64,000 nucleotides of DNA from the IMG/VR virus record IMGVR_UViG_3300028797_000093; one strand, given 5' to 3'. Positions within the stretch are counted from its first letter, which is position 1, and every line of letters starts with the position of its first letter. The notes below the pieces were generated by a model. It was given only the letters and a program-made list of their open reading frames with translations. It was not told the origin of the DNA and did no database searches. Both the position numbers and the translations under genes were made by a program. Below are positions 62,339 through 64,000 of the stretch, one piece after another. This DNA comes from a virus. Taxonomy: Duplodnaviria; Caudoviricetes.

Positions 62339-63298
62339 TCATATTTCACCTATCTTACGGAAATGCCTATTCAGTTCTTTTTCAGATTTAATAATCCGAA
62401 TATCGCTAATGTGTTCATATGGTCCTATAATGAAAGCAACATAATCATTATCATTTACTATATCTACACTAACAATCTCATTTTCATCATTAGTCTTATA
62501 TAGATAGATTCTATGATCATCTGTACTACAATCGTAATAGAAAGCATAATTAAACATATCACGAGGTTTGGTAAATTGCTTAATATACCAATTATAGAAT
62601 GATACACAAGAAGGATGATCATTCGAACTAGAGAATTGTGTTACATACACATTGAAATATATAAGAGCATTAGAAGGATTTTCATCTTCAGAACACAAAT
62701 ATTCTGCACACTTAGAATTCTTAAACCTATGTGTAAAATCAGGTATAACCAATTCTTTACCCCATTCAATTTCAGGTTCATCATCTTTATATCTTGTAAG
62801 AGGACTGATCCTGATAAATCTATTACTATCTTCTACTTCTTCTTCCTTCTTGATGAAGTAAGAATTTCGATCAAAAGATTCAAACAGATAGTCTCCATAT
62901 CCTAATTCTTTACCAGAAGCTGTATCTACAAATCGTCCTATACAAGTCTTCTTATTCTTATTATCATTTAAAGACCAGTGAATTTGTTTATAGTCATTTA
63001 CAAGATGATCAAGATCATCTTGAGTTATTCCTAAGAAGGTAATAATATCATCCATATTATCACCATTTTCAAATAGAGTATATCTAATACCTCTAATAGG
63101 CTTTCTATTGTGCAAAAACAAAGAAACTTCTTTTGGATATTCAAATTCCTTTGGAGCATTCTTTCTCTTAAGCTCTTCAGCATTTATCTCTGATTCATAT
63201 TTATTAATAATCTGAGTAATATTCTGTAACTGTTTTCTTGCAGACTTCTCTAAATCTTTTAGAGAAGATAAGAATACCTTTTTGTCATTTAAAGTCAT
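62339..63298 (-). CDS. hypothetical protein with degenerate KKPV/GD-family domain(s)
   Basis: RKPIRGIRY......N..DI..F...YGDYLF. Confidence 0.55.
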   Translation of the reverse strand: MTLNDKKVFLSSLKDLEKSARKQLQNITQIINKYESEINAEELKRKNAPKEFEYPKEVSLFLHNRKPIRGIRYTLFENGDNMDDIITFLGITQDDLDHLVNDYKQIHWSLNDNKNKKTCIGRFVDTASGKELGYGDYLFESFDRNSYFIKKEEEVEDSNRFIRISPLTRYKDDEPEIEWGKELVIPDFTHRFKNSKCAEYLCSEDENPSNALIYFNVYVTQFSSSNDHPSCVSFYNWYIKQFTKPRDMFNYAFYYDCSTDDHRIYLYKTNDENEIVSVDIVNDNDYVAFIIGPYEHISDIRIIKSEKELNRHFRKIGEI

Positions 63299-63831
63299 CT
63301 GATATCATCCCTCACTCTCATAAGAACTTGTCCTAAAAGATTCTGTCCCCATTTATCAAACTCTTTACAAATAAACTCAGAGGATTCTTTACTATAACCA
63401 ATACCCCAGATTCTATCATAAGGAGAGCACTCTACTAATACATATTCTTTAGTGTCAATAAGTTTCTGTTTAATATCACTATTTCTCTCATCAGTAAACT
63501 TAGCTTTAATAACTTCAGTATATATAGCTCTCTTATTGAGATCCCAAATACTTGAATCGAAATTCTTAACAGTTCTTCCTAGATTCTTAGCCACTTTAGG
63601 ATAATCTGTTATCATAATCTTATTAGCAGTTTCTATATCATTAAATAGCATTGCTTTAAAGAAATGAACAGCATGTTCTGATGTCTTAAATTCATAAGAT
63701 TTAACACCATCTTCATTCATATAAGATACAGTAAAAGGACTATAATAAAAATTGCTGAGAAAACCATATTCTTCATTTTCTCTAAAGAATCCAATGAAGT
63801 TTTGCTCTTCTCTATAACCTGATTCAATCAT
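63295..63831 (-). CDS. NADAR (YbiA-like) family protein
   Basis: FLSNFY, SEH....KA..F.D, AK.LGR, LVE.SP.DRIWG.G and G.NLLG..LM.VR motifs. Confidence 0.92.
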   Translation of the reverse strand: MIESGYREEQNFIGFFRENEEYGFLSNFYYSPFTVSYMNEDGVKSYEFKTSEHAVHFFKAMLFNDIETANKIMITDYPKVAKNLGRTVKNFDSSIWDLNKRAIYTEVIKAKFTDERNSDIKQKLIDTKEYVLVECSPYDRIWGIGYSKESSEFICKEFDKWGQNLLGQVLMRVRDDIR

Positions 63832-63906
63832 TATATTAAACCTCCTATCATAAGAATATAGAGATAGTAGAGTAAATTCTACTATCTCTATTATATATAA
63901 TTATTT

Positions 63907-64000
63907 TTACTTATTGATAAAGTCTACATATACGTTATGTGCAGGAGAAGGAACGATAAACTGATTAGTTGTGAACATAAGACCAACAATCTTCACAACA
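63907..64000 (-). CDS. C-terminus of a gene entering from beyond the window, possibly a chaperonin
   Basis: ...VVKIVGLMFTTNQFIVPSPAHNVYVDFINK-stop, loosely like the GroEL 'AGLLLTTE' end. Confidence 0.25.
   Translation of the reverse strand, partial: VVKIVGLMFTTNQFIVPSPAHNVYVDFINK

Overview
An AT-rich, gene-dense fragment of a jumbo myophage genome, most like the AR9/PBS1/phiKZ group. The host is probably a Firmicute, judged from GGAGG ribosome-binding sites. The window encodes split multisubunit RNA polymerase beta' pieces, major capsid, tail sheath and tube, baseplate proteins, many small virion-type proteins sharing an N-terminal signal, nucleotide enzymes (ThyA-like, Tmk, deaminase, Nudix) and RNA/DNA-processing proteins (RtcB fragment, DHH, MYG1, NADAR). 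An AACA-N6-TA late-promoter motif precedes many structural genes. Two non-coding systems stand out. (1) Sixteen orphan ~140-160 bp cassettes lie in five tandem clusters, all on the minus strand, and each cluster starts immediately after an intrinsic terminator. Each cassette encodes a different stop-free version of a DGR-type C-terminal variable region (RGG..G..CG.F.........W..GAALSFKP), diversified largely at codon positions 1-2. No reverse transcriptase, template repeat or full target gene is in the window, so this looks like a silent archive of receptor-binding variants. (2) A nuclease-less IS110/Nop-domain gene is followed by a ~2.6 kb array of about 68 dual-spacer ~36-37 nt units (TIGR-Tas-like), with a compensatory base pair closing nearly every unit. 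All calls come from reading motifs by eye; no database searches were run.
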